From positions 64,001-128,000 of IMG/VR virus record IMGVR_UViG_3300032116_000031: a DNA stretch of 64,000 nucleotides; one strand, 5' to 3'. The translations under genes and the position numbers were made by a program. Source of the DNA: a virus. The notes under the pieces were generated by a model. That model did no database searches. It saw only the letters and a program-made list of their open reading frames with translations, and was not told the origin of the DNA. Each line of letters opens with the position of its first letter. Positions within the stretch are counted from its first letter, which is position 1. Of the stretch, positions 20,331 to 30,461 are shown in pieces.

Positions 20331-20990
20331 TTAAAAACTTTTTCTAACGGTATTTTCGTTATAGTCTTTCATAACATCAGACTGCTTTAAAACGTATTCT
20401 TGATCCTTTTGTTCAGCGTTTTCAGAAGAATTTTCATTATTATTTAATCCAGCGTTAGCAATGGCATACTTGTTTTTATCTTCTTGAGAAGGAACCCAAT
20501 AATCAGTTAATTTAACATTATAAGGGAAGCTACTCAAAGAACGCATTTGCAATTGTTCAATTGGTGTAGGGACTCTTTTCTCCAATTCAGAATTAACCTT
20601 AGAAATAGTTTCTTTAGTTTTAGTTTCAAGATTCTCAATTCTATCACCCAAGTCTTTTTTTAGGGAATCGTTGTTGGTGATTAATGTATCAATTTTAGAC
20701 AATAAGTCCTGAACTGTTTTATTGATTTCATCTTGCTTTAATACTAAACCTGTTACATCAACTTGAACAGTATTATCGTCTGGTTTAACTTCAACAGGAG
20801 GCATACCATCGGCGTTAGCATCAGATGCAAGAGAATCTTGTTTTTCTTCTCCTTCTTTTTCTTCACCTCCTTCACCTTCTGCTCCAGCAGGATTTAACCC
20901 TAAGATGTCATCTATTTCATCTTCTTTTAGGAGTTCTTTTGGTCCTCTGCCATAATAATTGTAATTGCTGATATAATCAAATCTATTCAT
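20331..20990 (-). CDS. Hypothetical acidic coiled-coil protein, likely virion or head assembly
   Basis: 219 aa ORF; LLKE site, acidic linker, heptad region. Confidence 0.6.
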   Translation of the reverse strand: MNRFDYISNYNYYGRGPKELLKEDEIDDILGLNPAGAEGEGGEEKEGEEKQDSLASDANADGMPPVEVKPDDNTVQVDVTGLVLKQDEINKTVQDLLSKIDTLITNNDSLKKDLGDRIENLETKTKETISKVNSELEKRVPTPIEQLQMRSLSSFPYNVKLTDYWVPSQEDKNKYAIANAGLNNNENSSENAEQKDQEYVLKQSDVMKDYNENTVRKSF

Positions 20991-20998
20991 GGTTATAA

Positions 20999-21169
20999 TT
21001 AGTCGTTTAATAATTGTCTGCCGTCTTCAACTAAAATTGTCTTTTCTACAACTTCAACTAAGCCGTCATTTTTTTTATATACTTTTTTCTTTTTTGCATT
21101 AACATTCTTTTGTTCATCTTCTTTGAAGATGTCAGGATTATTCAAATACTTACTTAAAAAATTTTTCAT
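20999..21169 (-). CDS. 56 aa hypothetical protein (MKNFLSKYL...DGLVEVVEKTILVEDGRQLLND)
   Basis: Open frame filling the gap; TATTTATA box at 21185-21192. Confidence 0.7.
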   Translation of the reverse strand: MKNFLSKYLNNPDIFKEDEQKNVNAKKKKVYKKNDGLVEVVEKTILVEDGRQLLND

Positions 21170-21202
21170 AATATGATATTTTATTATAAATATGTTAAAA
21201 AT

Positions 21203-24200
21203 TTAATTATTTGCAACAATGTTTCTTAATTTATCTAAGAAAGGATAAAATGCAATAGGTACAAATCCGCTATCAGGTTCCTGTTTTACTCTACTTGAAA
21301 CTAGATTATAAAATTGATTATTATAAAATATTCCAACGTGTGTAACAACAGAAAAATCAAAATTACTGTTCATAGGTGATCTATTATTTGTTCTCATTAT
21401 ATTTTTCCTAGAAGTTCTATTAGGGAAATTAACAGGATCATTCATTTGATTATAAGCCTTTGTTTTAAAGCTTGATCCTTGTGAGTAACCAAATAAAAGA
21501 CTTCCATTTGGAATCCCTTTTGCTACAAGGTCGCTATTAGACCAATTATTTAATTTATCATTAGCTGTAAAATAACCCATTCTACCGTCTTCTGGTAATC
21601 CCATGAACCAATTCCAAGCATCTCCTATCTTATCAACAGCACCTATCCTAACTACTCCTAATTGTTCTAATGCGGTTCTTGCCCAAGTAGCACAAACATT
21701 ATTTCCTAAACCAAAAGTAGAGACGTTATTACTGGTAAATAAATTGCTTAATTCTGTGTTAAGGACCGCAGTGTTAACACTTGTAGAAACGCTAAATTTA
21801 GCCACAGCACCTCTATATTCTATTGTAAATAATGTATTCTGACTATTTAAAGCAGTATTCGCACTACCAGCACCAGTTTGTTGAATTTCTCTAAGTATTG
21901 TAGAATCGATATTTTTACTGTTAGTATTAACTGTGCCTCTATCTTCACCGTTAGAAAAGTCGCTTTCATTTGATAAAGGTACTGTTAATTCACTTGAGCT
22001 TATGGAATTAGATAATTCTAAATTTAAGAAGGTAGTCATCTTATCTATAATTGGATAAGTGAACTTAGAAATTCTCATTCCACTAAAAGTAGTTGTCATA
22101 TTATTAGGCGTAATTTCGTGTTTAACGCTAGTAATCATATGCGCTCCATGGAACAATGGTACATTATCTAATTGAAAATATTGTGTAGGTAAAATTTGAG
22201 TATTACCTAAACATTCAACAGTAGTGGAATAACTTCTAACAGCATAAACATTATATAAATCCATACCTGTATAAAGACGTTTTGTTGCGCCTTTACCACC
22301 AGCAAGTTCATTCAATATTAAAATAGATTCAGCTGTTTCACGATGTTCTTGTTGGCTTACTTCTATCCTCTTAAATATATTTTGATTTTGGTCGGCATAA
22401 GCAACCCTAAAAACACTTAAATTATATTTAGCTAAGTAATCCTTTAAATCTGCTCCAGTTAATTGAGTTTGACTTATATTTCTATTTAGAATTGATTTAG
22501 GTAAATTAGTATCTATTATTGCATTGGCATTAAAATCAAAACTGTCATTGAAATAACCTACCCTATTGTTTAAATCCAAAACTTTACTATTACCTGCAAC
22601 ATATTGAAAAACGAAACACGAACCACCAGTCGGTTTATCATCCGAAAAATTAACATTTTCATTTAAGGTGGTAAAAGGTTTAAACATCTCCATAACATCT
22701 TGCTTATCGTAATAATTCACGAAGCTAGGAATATTATAGATATTAAAATTGTTGTCCTTTAAAACCCTTGACATTAAGAAATAGATGTTACCATCTGTTT
22801 GATTAGCATAAATCAACAGGGGTTTTGGATTAAGAACAGCTTTATCTCCAATATAAGACCAAGTTCTATCAATAAAGTAACAATGATCGATAAGTTTCTT
22901 TTTAGTGTCGGTGTTTCCATTTACGAAATAATTGGCAAAATTATAAATTTTGCCGTCCACCGTACTATAAGACAACCATTTATCATAGATATTTTTTAAG
23001 TGCTCATAAATCTGAATTTTAATATTTTTATCGGTAATTATATTATTAATTTCATCTTGTCTTATTCTTTGTTTTTCAGTTAGTTTTGTATTAATAAATT
23101 TTTTAGCAGCATTGATAAAACCAGAAAGATATTTACTTATAACATTAGAATTAGGTTCTATGATAGGCTGTTTGAATAATTCCCTAGGAGAAATTATAGC
23201 AACTTCTTTATAGGCTTTAATTCTATTTAATATAGTATCAAAAGCTGTTTCATATTCACCTATTGTGTTATCAGACTTTGGATCGAATGTCACATAATTA
23301 TAAACATAATTACTGAATCCACCTGCATTATACTCTTCTACAAATTTATCAAAGGCATCTACAAAAAATTTGAAACCCTCGTCTGATAACAAATTTTCAA
23401 ATTCACTTTTAGGTACCCAAGTTCTATTATATCGAGCATTATAATCTCCAACATTTGTATATTCTGGGTCAGATTTAATATCATCAACTAAAAAATTATA
23501 ACCTTGATAATGGATTTGATGTGAATGTTTTAATATCCCGCCTATATATGCAACATACAATTCAGTCATATTTAAAACGCAACTAAATTTATTAGCATAT
23601 TCCCTGAAATGATAATAATCTTTATAACCTATTGTTTCTAAAAATAGAAACGCCTTTGCATTAATGTTGTTTTTATCATAGTAAAATAAGTCAAAGATTT
23701 TAACAAATTGTTTATATTGAGTTATACTTCTACCGATTTTATACCTTGAGTTATTAGCTCTATCACCAGATACATTTCCAGATGTGGTATCAGCCCCAAC
23801 TATTCCAGCAGCGGTGCCATCTATAACATTCAGATTGTACATAGAACTAATAGAAGCAGCACTACCACTTGAAATATTTTTTAAATATTTGTTAAGATCA
23901 TCATTATTAAAAACATTTGTTAAATCAGCTGTTACGTTAAAGTAATTCTGATCAAAAATAAAATAGTCTGGATTTATTAAATTCCTAAAAATAAACGCTT
24001 GAATGGTTTTAGTATCAGCAAAATAAGTATTTAAAGCAGGTGACAAGGCCTTTGAAGTATAACTAGCTCTATCTCCTGCTAAGTACTGTAAGTTACTATT
24101 ATCAATAAACGATATAGGTGAAAAGACTAATCCAGTGTTATTATCATTAAATTGATAAGGGGCAATAGTTACATCGTCATTTGTAAAATTGTAAGCTAAA

Positions 24201-26269
24201 CCATTGTTAACAAATGTAGCAGGATCTAAAGTATTGATAAATTTTAATATCTTATCATTCTCTATTTGGTCTATAAAATAAGATGCTTCTATTTCAGAAT
24301 AACTTATAACATAATTTTCACCATTAAAAGGATCAAAAATACTGTAAGAATATAATATTCTCAAACGTTTCAATATTTCTTTATATAGTTCGCTTAGGGT
24401 TGCATCACCGTAATCAAAGTTTTGGCTTAAAGATAAACCATTTTCCCTATAATCAAGAATGTTTATAGGTATCCATTTATATATGGCCGTAGGACTAAAA
24501 GAATATGGGTTATCAGGTATATCAAATAACTCGTTTGAAGTTAAGCCTTTAATAATATCATTTACTATTTCCAATTCTGGAAAGTTAGGATTATTGTTTC
24601 CAACTACGTCACCTAACCATATTCTTTCTCCATTTGTATCAAATACAGCTGGGAATGGGTAAATTTTATTTTCTGATATAGGAATATCAGTTGAACCTCC
24701 TGATAAATTACTTTGAATAGAATAATAGTCTTTTAACCCTTGAATCCTAATATCGCCTATGCTTTCAGCCTTTCTACAAGTTTCATATAATATATTTAAA
24801 AATACATCAACGTTGCCGAAGATTATTTCAAATACATTATATACAGTTGGATTAAAGCCAATATCAGTTGTGAATGCCCCGTTAAGCTGATCTACTATTT
24901 TTTCTTCTAATTCTGTTTTTTTATTTTTTAGTAATTTCCTTTTTTCGTGCACATTATCTCTAACACTATAAAAAGAATAAAAGGAAACAGGTGTGAATGA
25001 ATCAAACTTGCTCTGTATGAATGTTATACTACTCTGATAATTAGATAGATAACTTGTGTTTTCATTTGAAATTATTTCTGTATCAATAATTTGAAGTAAA
25101 GCGTCGTTTACATCATTATAAGAAATAGATTTAGATAATGTAAAATTATTTAAAAAATAATTGTTTAAGTCAGGATATTTACCTTTGTTTAAATTAATTA
25201 AGCTATTATACTCGTTAATTAAGCTATTAACGTTATTTTGCATTTCATCTAAATTAGGAATTAGTTTATCCGAAAATAAACCTATATCTCTAAAAAAGTA
25301 ATATCCTTCTCCTGTTTTAAATTGTTCATAGTTTAAGTTTAACCCTGTTGGGTTTGTTATTAGTTTGGACGGCGAATTAATAATTTCTGTTATTTCATCT
25401 GCTTTTATCTGTAACGTATTAATAATAGTTAATTGAGAATAATCAGTATCCTTCTGTTTAAACTTTTCAGTATAATTAGCAATTTCAGTATATTTTATTA
25501 ATAATTCGGTTATTGATGATAACCCAATAGATCCATCTTTTTTTATGTAATTCTTTAAATAATCTTTACCTGCATTAGTGGCATTCAAAGCCATAACGTA
25601 TTTAGTAATAACATCAGATAAAAAGGAAAACTGATAACCTAAAAATTTACAATTAATAATGAAATCACTACTACCCTCATCAAACGAAGCTTTAAAATCA
25701 ATCATGTTTAAATAGTAAGTAGTAGGCCGCCCATAGTAACCCTTAACTGTTAATTCATAAATTGGATAAGGTAATCTAAAAAAAGAATTATATTTAGATA
25801 TATTTTCAACGCCTTCGCCATCGAAATACTCATAATTATTAAAAACAGCTGAACCCTTAACATCAACAAAATCAATTTCCACCTTTGGAGGTGTCATCAT
25901 AGCAGTTTCGATTGAAATTCGGGTAATACCTAATCCTTCATGAGTAGTTTCATTTAAACCTATGTTGGTATAATTGGTAGTTAAATAACCTGTTTTACCA
26001 TCAGCCTCATTCTCACTGGAAGTAGCAATAAAAGAAATAGAATCAGCTTCCCTACTCTTAGAAGAGTAAACATTATCAGAGGTAATAACACTCCTATTTT
26101 GAGGGAAAGATCTTAGTCTAACAAAGATAAACAAGTCTTCAGGGTTAACCAAAACATTGTCTGTTGGATTAGGATCAACAACGTAAGTGAAGAATGGAGT
26201 TTTGCCGTCAGGACCAGTTCCACTGTTTATAGTTCCTACATTGTAATTATAATTACTTAAATTAGCCAT
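21203..26269 (-). CDS. Large baseplate hub-like protein with a C-terminal Cys/His peptidoglycan hydrolase-like domain
   Basis: 1688 aa in the tail cluster; hub-like N-terminus; C-terminal NVCATWAR...GDAW...HVGIF. Confidence 0.6.
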   Translation of the reverse strand: MANLSNYNYNVGTINSGTGPDGKTPFFTYVVDPNPTDNVLVNPEDLFIFVRLRSFPQNRSVITSDNVYSSKSREADSISFIATSSENEADGKTGYLTTNYTNIGLNETTHEGLGITRISIETAMMTPPKVEIDFVDVKGSAVFNNYEYFDGEGVENISKYNSFFRLPYPIYELTVKGYYGRPTTYYLNMIDFKASFDEGSSDFIINCKFLGYQFSFLSDVITKYVMALNATNAGKDYLKNYIKKDGSIGLSSITELLIKYTEIANYTEKFKQKDTDYSQLTIINTLQIKADEITEIINSPSKLITNPTGLNLNYEQFKTGEGYYFFRDIGLFSDKLIPNLDEMQNNVNSLINEYNSLINLNKGKYPDLNNYFLNNFTLSKSISYNDVNDALLQIIDTEIISNENTSYLSNYQSSITFIQSKFDSFTPVSFYSFYSVRDNVHEKRKLLKNKKTELEEKIVDQLNGAFTTDIGFNPTVYNVFEIIFGNVDVFLNILYETCRKAESIGDIRIQGLKDYYSIQSNLSGGSTDIPISENKIYPFPAVFDTNGERIWLGDVVGNNNPNFPELEIVNDIIKGLTSNELFDIPDNPYSFSPTAIYKWIPINILDYRENGLSLSQNFDYGDATLSELYKEILKRLRILYSYSIFDPFNGENYVISYSEIEASYFIDQIENDKILKFINTLDPATFVNNGLAYNFTNDDVTIAPYQFNDNNTGLVFSPISFIDNSNLQYLAGDRASYTSKALSPALNTYFADTKTIQAFIFRNLINPDYFIFDQNYFNVTADLTNVFNNDDLNKYLKNISSGSAASISSMYNLNVIDGTAAGIVGADTTSGNVSGDRANNSRYKIGRSITQYKQFVKIFDLFYYDKNNINAKAFLFLETIGYKDYYHFREYANKFSCVLNMTELYVAYIGGILKHSHQIHYQGYNFLVDDIKSDPEYTNVGDYNARYNRTWVPKSEFENLLSDEGFKFFVDAFDKFVEEYNAGGFSNYVYNYVTFDPKSDNTIGEYETAFDTILNRIKAYKEVAIISPRELFKQPIIEPNSNVISKYLSGFINAAKKFINTKLTEKQRIRQDEINNIITDKNIKIQIYEHLKNIYDKWLSYSTVDGKIYNFANYFVNGNTDTKKKLIDHCYFIDRTWSYIGDKAVLNPKPLLIYANQTDGNIYFLMSRVLKDNNFNIYNIPSFVNYYDKQDVMEMFKPFTTLNENVNFSDDKPTGGSCFVFQYVAGNSKVLDLNNRVGYFNDSFDFNANAIIDTNLPKSILNRNISQTQLTGADLKDYLAKYNLSVFRVAYADQNQNIFKRIEVSQQEHRETAESILILNELAGGKGATKRLYTGMDLYNVYAVRSYSTTVECLGNTQILPTQYFQLDNVPLFHGAHMITSVKHEITPNNMTTTFSGMRISKFTYPIIDKMTTFLNLELSNSISSSELTVPLSNESDFSNGEDRGTVNTNSKNIDSTILREIQQTGAGSANTALNSQNTLFTIEYRGAVAKFSVSTSVNTAVLNTELSNLFTSNNVSTFGLGNNVCATWARTALEQLGVVRIGAVDKIGDAWNWFMGLPEDGRMGYFTANDKLNNWSNSDLVAKGIPNGSLLFGYSQGSSFKTKAYNQMNDPVNFPNRTSRKNIMRTNNRSPMNSNFDFSVVTHVGIFYNNQFYNLVSSRVKQEPDSGFVPIAFYPFLDKLRNIVANN

Positions 26270-26290
26270 TAATTTTATTTTCTTTAATTT

Positions 26291-26586
26291 GTAAATTACT
26301 GATAAACAGTGAATTACAAGCGAAAAAATATGCTTTTAGCTTTTCGACACTGTTATATAATAATTTACTAAAAGCATATTTGTCTTAGTTGTATATATAT
26401 TATATCTACCGCAAATAACAATAAAAACAAAATGGAAATTTTAACGCTTTATTTTCAATAAATATTATTTCTTGTTATTTGTATCTCATTGATTATTAGT
26501 TATTTACAAGCGAAAAAATATGCTTTTAGCTTTTCGACACTGTTATATAATAATTTACTAAAAGCATATTAGTTTTCTATATATTA
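26291..26586. repeat. Copies 2 and 3 of the palindromic element; 67 bp perfect direct repeat with a 190 bp period
   Basis: 26314-26380 is identical to 26504-26570; each holds a 13 bp inverted repeat around 28 nt. Confidence 0.95.
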
Positions 26587-26895
26587 TTAATAATACAGCT
26601 TCAATTTTTCCACCTCGTTTATCCACCTTTGAAGCGCATCTTGATACGGAAAAGGAATAATTAAAAGAGTGCCATCGGGGATTTCATCTTCATTTTTGCA
26701 AATAGTAGCGTTAGCCATTAAAATAAGCCTTCCACCAAAGGGATTAGAATAGAACCGTTCAGAAACAGTATCCATCCTATCGCTTAGTTTATTCCACACA
26801 TAAGTTAAATCACTGTTTTTTTTTGGTAATTTAACAAAGGGTATATCAGATGTCTTCTCACCTACTTTGAAAGGTGTATAAAAATTATAATACAT
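26587..26895 (-). CDS. LysM/gp53-like baseplate wedge protein
   Basis: RMDTVSERFY...LILMAN...IPDG..LIIP. Confidence 0.7.
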   Translation of the reverse strand: MYYNFYTPFKVGEKTSDIPFVKLPKKNSDLTYVWNKLSDRMDTVSERFYSNPFGGRLILMANATICKNEDEIPDGTLLIIPFPYQDALQRWINEVEKLKLYY

Positions 26896-26898
26896 ATT

Positions 26899-29800
26899 TT
26901 AATCTATTTGACCATTGTTTGAAGTTAAGGCTGAAACTACCTTTTTTTGCACTATATTATTAAATGTTTTTAATTGTTCAGTGTCAGTTATTTTTTCTCT
27001 ATCTATTTCTGCATCATTTTTTACAGGCATTCTATCAATCACTTTATACCTTGACGTATCTTCACCTTTTTCTGATTTAGACTCCACATATTCTATAGTT
27101 GAAGATCTGGGATCAAACATATTCATTGAAGAGTAGAAGTTAAAGGATAGAGCATTTTGTAACCTATTAATTGGACCTTGTAAAGATTGCCCGCCTATGA
27201 AAACGATATTTAAAGTTATTTTTGCTATCATAGGTGCAACAAAACCTTCTGGGTTTAAATCCCATTTGATACCATCATTTCCTTCAAATTGTATATCCAT
27301 ACTGTTGATTAATATTTTACTATAGTAAAAATCGCCAATTTTTAATATGCAGACAGGTGGACGGCCAAATGCTAAATTTGTAATATTATCTACCCCGTCA
27401 ACACCTATGTTCCTTGATTGCCTAGTACATTGATGTAAGAAATTCAATCTACTATTAAAGCCTTCAGGTGTCATTGAATGGAAAGCTGGATGGAAATATT
27501 TAATTTTCTCTGAAATAGTTTTCAGATGTTGTGGTTCATATGTTTCCAGATATTCAAAAACATCACATTCCCTAATATCAGCTAACATATCCATTAAATC
27601 AGAGTTTTCATCTTCGATGACAATTGGCTCTGAATCTACTAAATCATTATCTTGATCTAAATTATCATCATCAATAATATCATCGACAGTTTTATCTTCT
27701 TCCACTTCTACGGGCTTTTCTTCATTACCATAACTAATTACTATTTCAGCTCTCCTAGCTTCAACTGCTGCTTTATTCCCCCTTGGTACATTATCACCAG
27801 TATTAGGAGAATCTTTGTCAGATACGGCTAATGGTTCATTAATAATAATAAAAGAAGCTAAATCCCCTAAATCATTATTTTCTTTATATTCATTTAATTT
27901 TTTTAGAAACCATAACCTAGCGTTTGCAGCTCTATCGTAAGACAATTTGTAATTAGTGGTGTCTAATGGTAGAGCTTGACTAGCTGAACCAAAAAAATCA
28001 ACATAAATATATGTATTCTCTAATATTCTTGCAGTATCAAAAACATCTTTGAATTTATCATTTATATATTGATCATTAAAAAAATCATCATTTAAAAAAT
28101 AATTTGTTCTATTGTCATATGCTAAACCTGTTGTTTTATCTCTTTTAACATCTTTATAATAAGTATAATCTAAACCAGCAAGTTGATATTTAGATTGATA
28201 CCCTGCATTTTCTCTTAAATCTCCATTTCTAGGAGGAATGTTAGAAACATTATTTGGAAAATAAATGTTAATAAATGTTAATACAACACTACTCCCCTTT
28301 TTTATAATAGCTTCTTCAACTTTTGCTTCCTCTTTTTGTTTCTCTTCTTTTACTTCTTCAGTTGTTATTTTTACTTTTGGTTTAGTAGTTTTCTTTCTAT
28401 TTTCATCTAATATATCAATATTGCTTTTTTTTCTTTTTAATCTTGAAATTTCATCAATAACTGATTTATCACCTTTGAAATATCTTTCCCATATTTCATT
28501 TCTTTCGCCTCTTAGTTTGTTAACTACTGCTGGATAGTCTACAATCATAGTAAAACTTAAAGAACCACTTCTATCTGTATTATTATAAGAATAAACATTT
28601 TCACCCCTCCCAATAAAGCTATGTGTTTCCCAATTAACTGAAACTGATTCACTGAAAGTTAAATCGTAAGGTGGAAACCACATCACTCTTCCTTTATGCC
28701 CTGATAATAAATCACCCGTACCTTTCTCACAGTCTTCCAACCCATTTGTAAAACCTTCCCAAGCAAGATTCTCAATAGAGAACATATAATTTTTTAAGTT
28801 TGCACCAGTGGAAGAACGATAAGTAGGAGCAAAGTTTAATAAACCGTTATCACCTAAAACACTTAATTTAGAGTTTTCTCTAAATAATCCCCTGCTAGAT
28901 ATAGCTCTATTTAATTTAGTATGTTTTCTTTCCTTAGTAAAAACCCTAAAAAAATCACCTTTTGAAACAATATAAGCCTCGTTTGCAGGACCTTCATCTA
29001 CAAACCAACCTGCTTTTGCTGTGACAGCATCACCTCTTGAAATTTTAACTTGCTTCCCGTTTTGAATAATATCAAAATCTTTTTCAACAGATGAAATAAA
29101 CGGCCCAACTTTATTGTTCCTTGTTGAATTAACTATTTCCTTTGTTTTGAATAATAGAGATTTACTGTTGAATTTATTTTCAGTTGTTGCATCCCAAACA
29201 GCTGCAATATTATTTTTATTAAATGGCGCATTTTTAGTTTCATCTTCATTGTAGAAAAAATCTTCAGATGAACTAATTAGATTAGGTACAGTTTCATTTT
29301 TTATAATAGAATTAACGCCGTATATAGGATCATAAACTGTTTCCTTATACTTAAATCTTTTTATTTGTGTACCTAATTTATCGGTGACAAATTCAAAATC
29401 TTCAAGGACAACTGTTTCAGCGTTGAAATCACTTAAATTAGTAAAAGGCTCTGGCGCATCAGAACCAATATAAACGTATTGGTTATCTTTTACAATAAAT
29501 TCACCTTTTTCGTTCTGTAAAGTAGGAGTATACCCGTTCTCATTTTCAAGTGTTCTTAAATGAGTGTACAAGGCTTCTTTTTGCCCTGCACCTGTGTATT
29601 CCAATAATATTTTAGTTTGCTCTGATTGCGAGAATTGAGATTTTCTATTAATATTAAAAGCATCGTCAGGTAAAAAACTAAATGGAACATAAGATCCAGT
29701 TAATTTTTCTAAGAATAAACCTACTTTTCCAATAGCACTTTTAGGAACTGTAATATCATACGGTAATCTTAATGGATTACCATCCTGTAACAACCTAAAT

Positions 29801-30405
29801 GGGCTAGTCTGTAAATATTCGCTAGCTATTTGACCAGCGTTATTACTTAAATTTCTTCTAAAATGGTCACTCAATGCCTCTGAACCTATAAGACCTAACT
29901 TGGTATCAGTAGTCTTCAATCCGTTGAATATAGACAAAGTATCAAATATTGTAGAAGTAGATTGAACCCTTCTGATATACTCTAAATAATCAGTTTCTTG
30001 TTCTTCAAATGGTGGGCAAGGTTCTAATCCTATAAATTGATATTCAGGATTAGCGTATAAATTACAAGGGATAATATCTCTATAAAAACCTTCAGAAACA
30101 TCAGATATTGAAGGCATATCTATAACGGATATATCTCCAAAATCAACGCTCCTAACTTCAAATATATCAGGTCTAGTTAAGTTTAAATCATATAAATCAT
30201 CTAAATAATTAGCACCTATTTCCAAAGGATCAGGAGAATAGTTTAAGGGGTTTCCATTAAAAGGAATACGTGCTTCTTCAAAGAAACCATCAAGATCATA
30301 TTGTGTATCAATATTCTTTTTTGCTTCTGAAGTAGGATATAATATTTTGCTTTTATCTTCTTCCCTCTTATTTGTAGCTATTAAATCTAACAGAGTTTTG
30401 CACAT
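26899..30405 (-). CDS. Tail tube initiator/baseplate protein with an inserted OmpA-like domain
   Basis: FPPYDLTFSES..VNW....IGR.E..YSY.NT.RSGSLSF; IYFPNN...GSAS...NYKLSYDRA...RRAEI. Confidence 0.55.
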   Translation of the reverse strand: MCKTLLDLIATNKREEDKSKILYPTSEAKKNIDTQYDLDGFFEEARIPFNGNPLNYSPDPLEIGANYLDDLYDLNLTRPDIFEVRSVDFGDISVIDMPSISDVSEGFYRDIIPCNLYANPEYQFIGLEPCPPFEEQETDYLEYIRRVQSTSTIFDTLSIFNGLKTTDTKLGLIGSEALSDHFRRNLSNNAGQIASEYLQTSPFRLLQDGNPLRLPYDITVPKSAIGKVGLFLEKLTGSYVPFSFLPDDAFNINRKSQFSQSEQTKILLEYTGAGQKEALYTHLRTLENENGYTPTLQNEKGEFIVKDNQYVYIGSDAPEPFTNLSDFNAETVVLEDFEFVTDKLGTQIKRFKYKETVYDPIYGVNSIIKNETVPNLISSSEDFFYNEDETKNAPFNKNNIAAVWDATTENKFNSKSLLFKTKEIVNSTRNNKVGPFISSVEKDFDIIQNGKQVKISRGDAVTAKAGWFVDEGPANEAYIVSKGDFFRVFTKERKHTKLNRAISSRGLFRENSKLSVLGDNGLLNFAPTYRSSTGANLKNYMFSIENLAWEGFTNGLEDCEKGTGDLLSGHKGRVMWFPPYDLTFSESVSVNWETHSFIGRGENVYSYNNTDRSGSLSFTMIVDYPAVVNKLRGERNEIWERYFKGDKSVIDEISRLKRKKSNIDILDENRKKTTKPKVKITTEEVKEEKQKEEAKVEEAIIKKGSSVVLTFINIYFPNNVSNIPPRNGDLRENAGYQSKYQLAGLDYTYYKDVKRDKTTGLAYDNRTNYFLNDDFFNDQYINDKFKDVFDTARILENTYIYVDFFGSASQALPLDTTNYKLSYDRAANARLWFLKKLNEYKENNDLGDLASFIIINEPLAVSDKDSPNTGDNVPRGNKAAVEARRAEIVISYGNEEKPVEVEEDKTVDDIIDDDNLDQDNDLVDSEPIVIEDENSDLMDMLADIRECDVFEYLETYEPQHLKTISEKIKYFHPAFHSMTPEGFNSRLNFLHQCTRQSRNIGVDGVDNITNLAFGRPPVCILKIGDFYYSKILINSMDIQFEGNDGIKWDLNPEGFVAPMIAKITLNIVFIGGQSLQGPINRLQNALSFNFYSSMNMFDPRSSTIEYVESKSEKGEDTSRYKVIDRMPVKNDAEIDREKITDTEQLKTFNNIVQKKVVSALTSNNGQID

Positions 30406-30461
30406 ATTCTCTTTATTTCTTATTGTAATAAATAGAATAAGATAAAATTTACCTACTCTAT

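Noticed and set aside
26291-26586. Possible mini-CRISPR array
   Set aside because: Only two adjacent repeats, 67 bp long with a 123 bp spacer; sizes do not fit CRISPR and there are no cas genes
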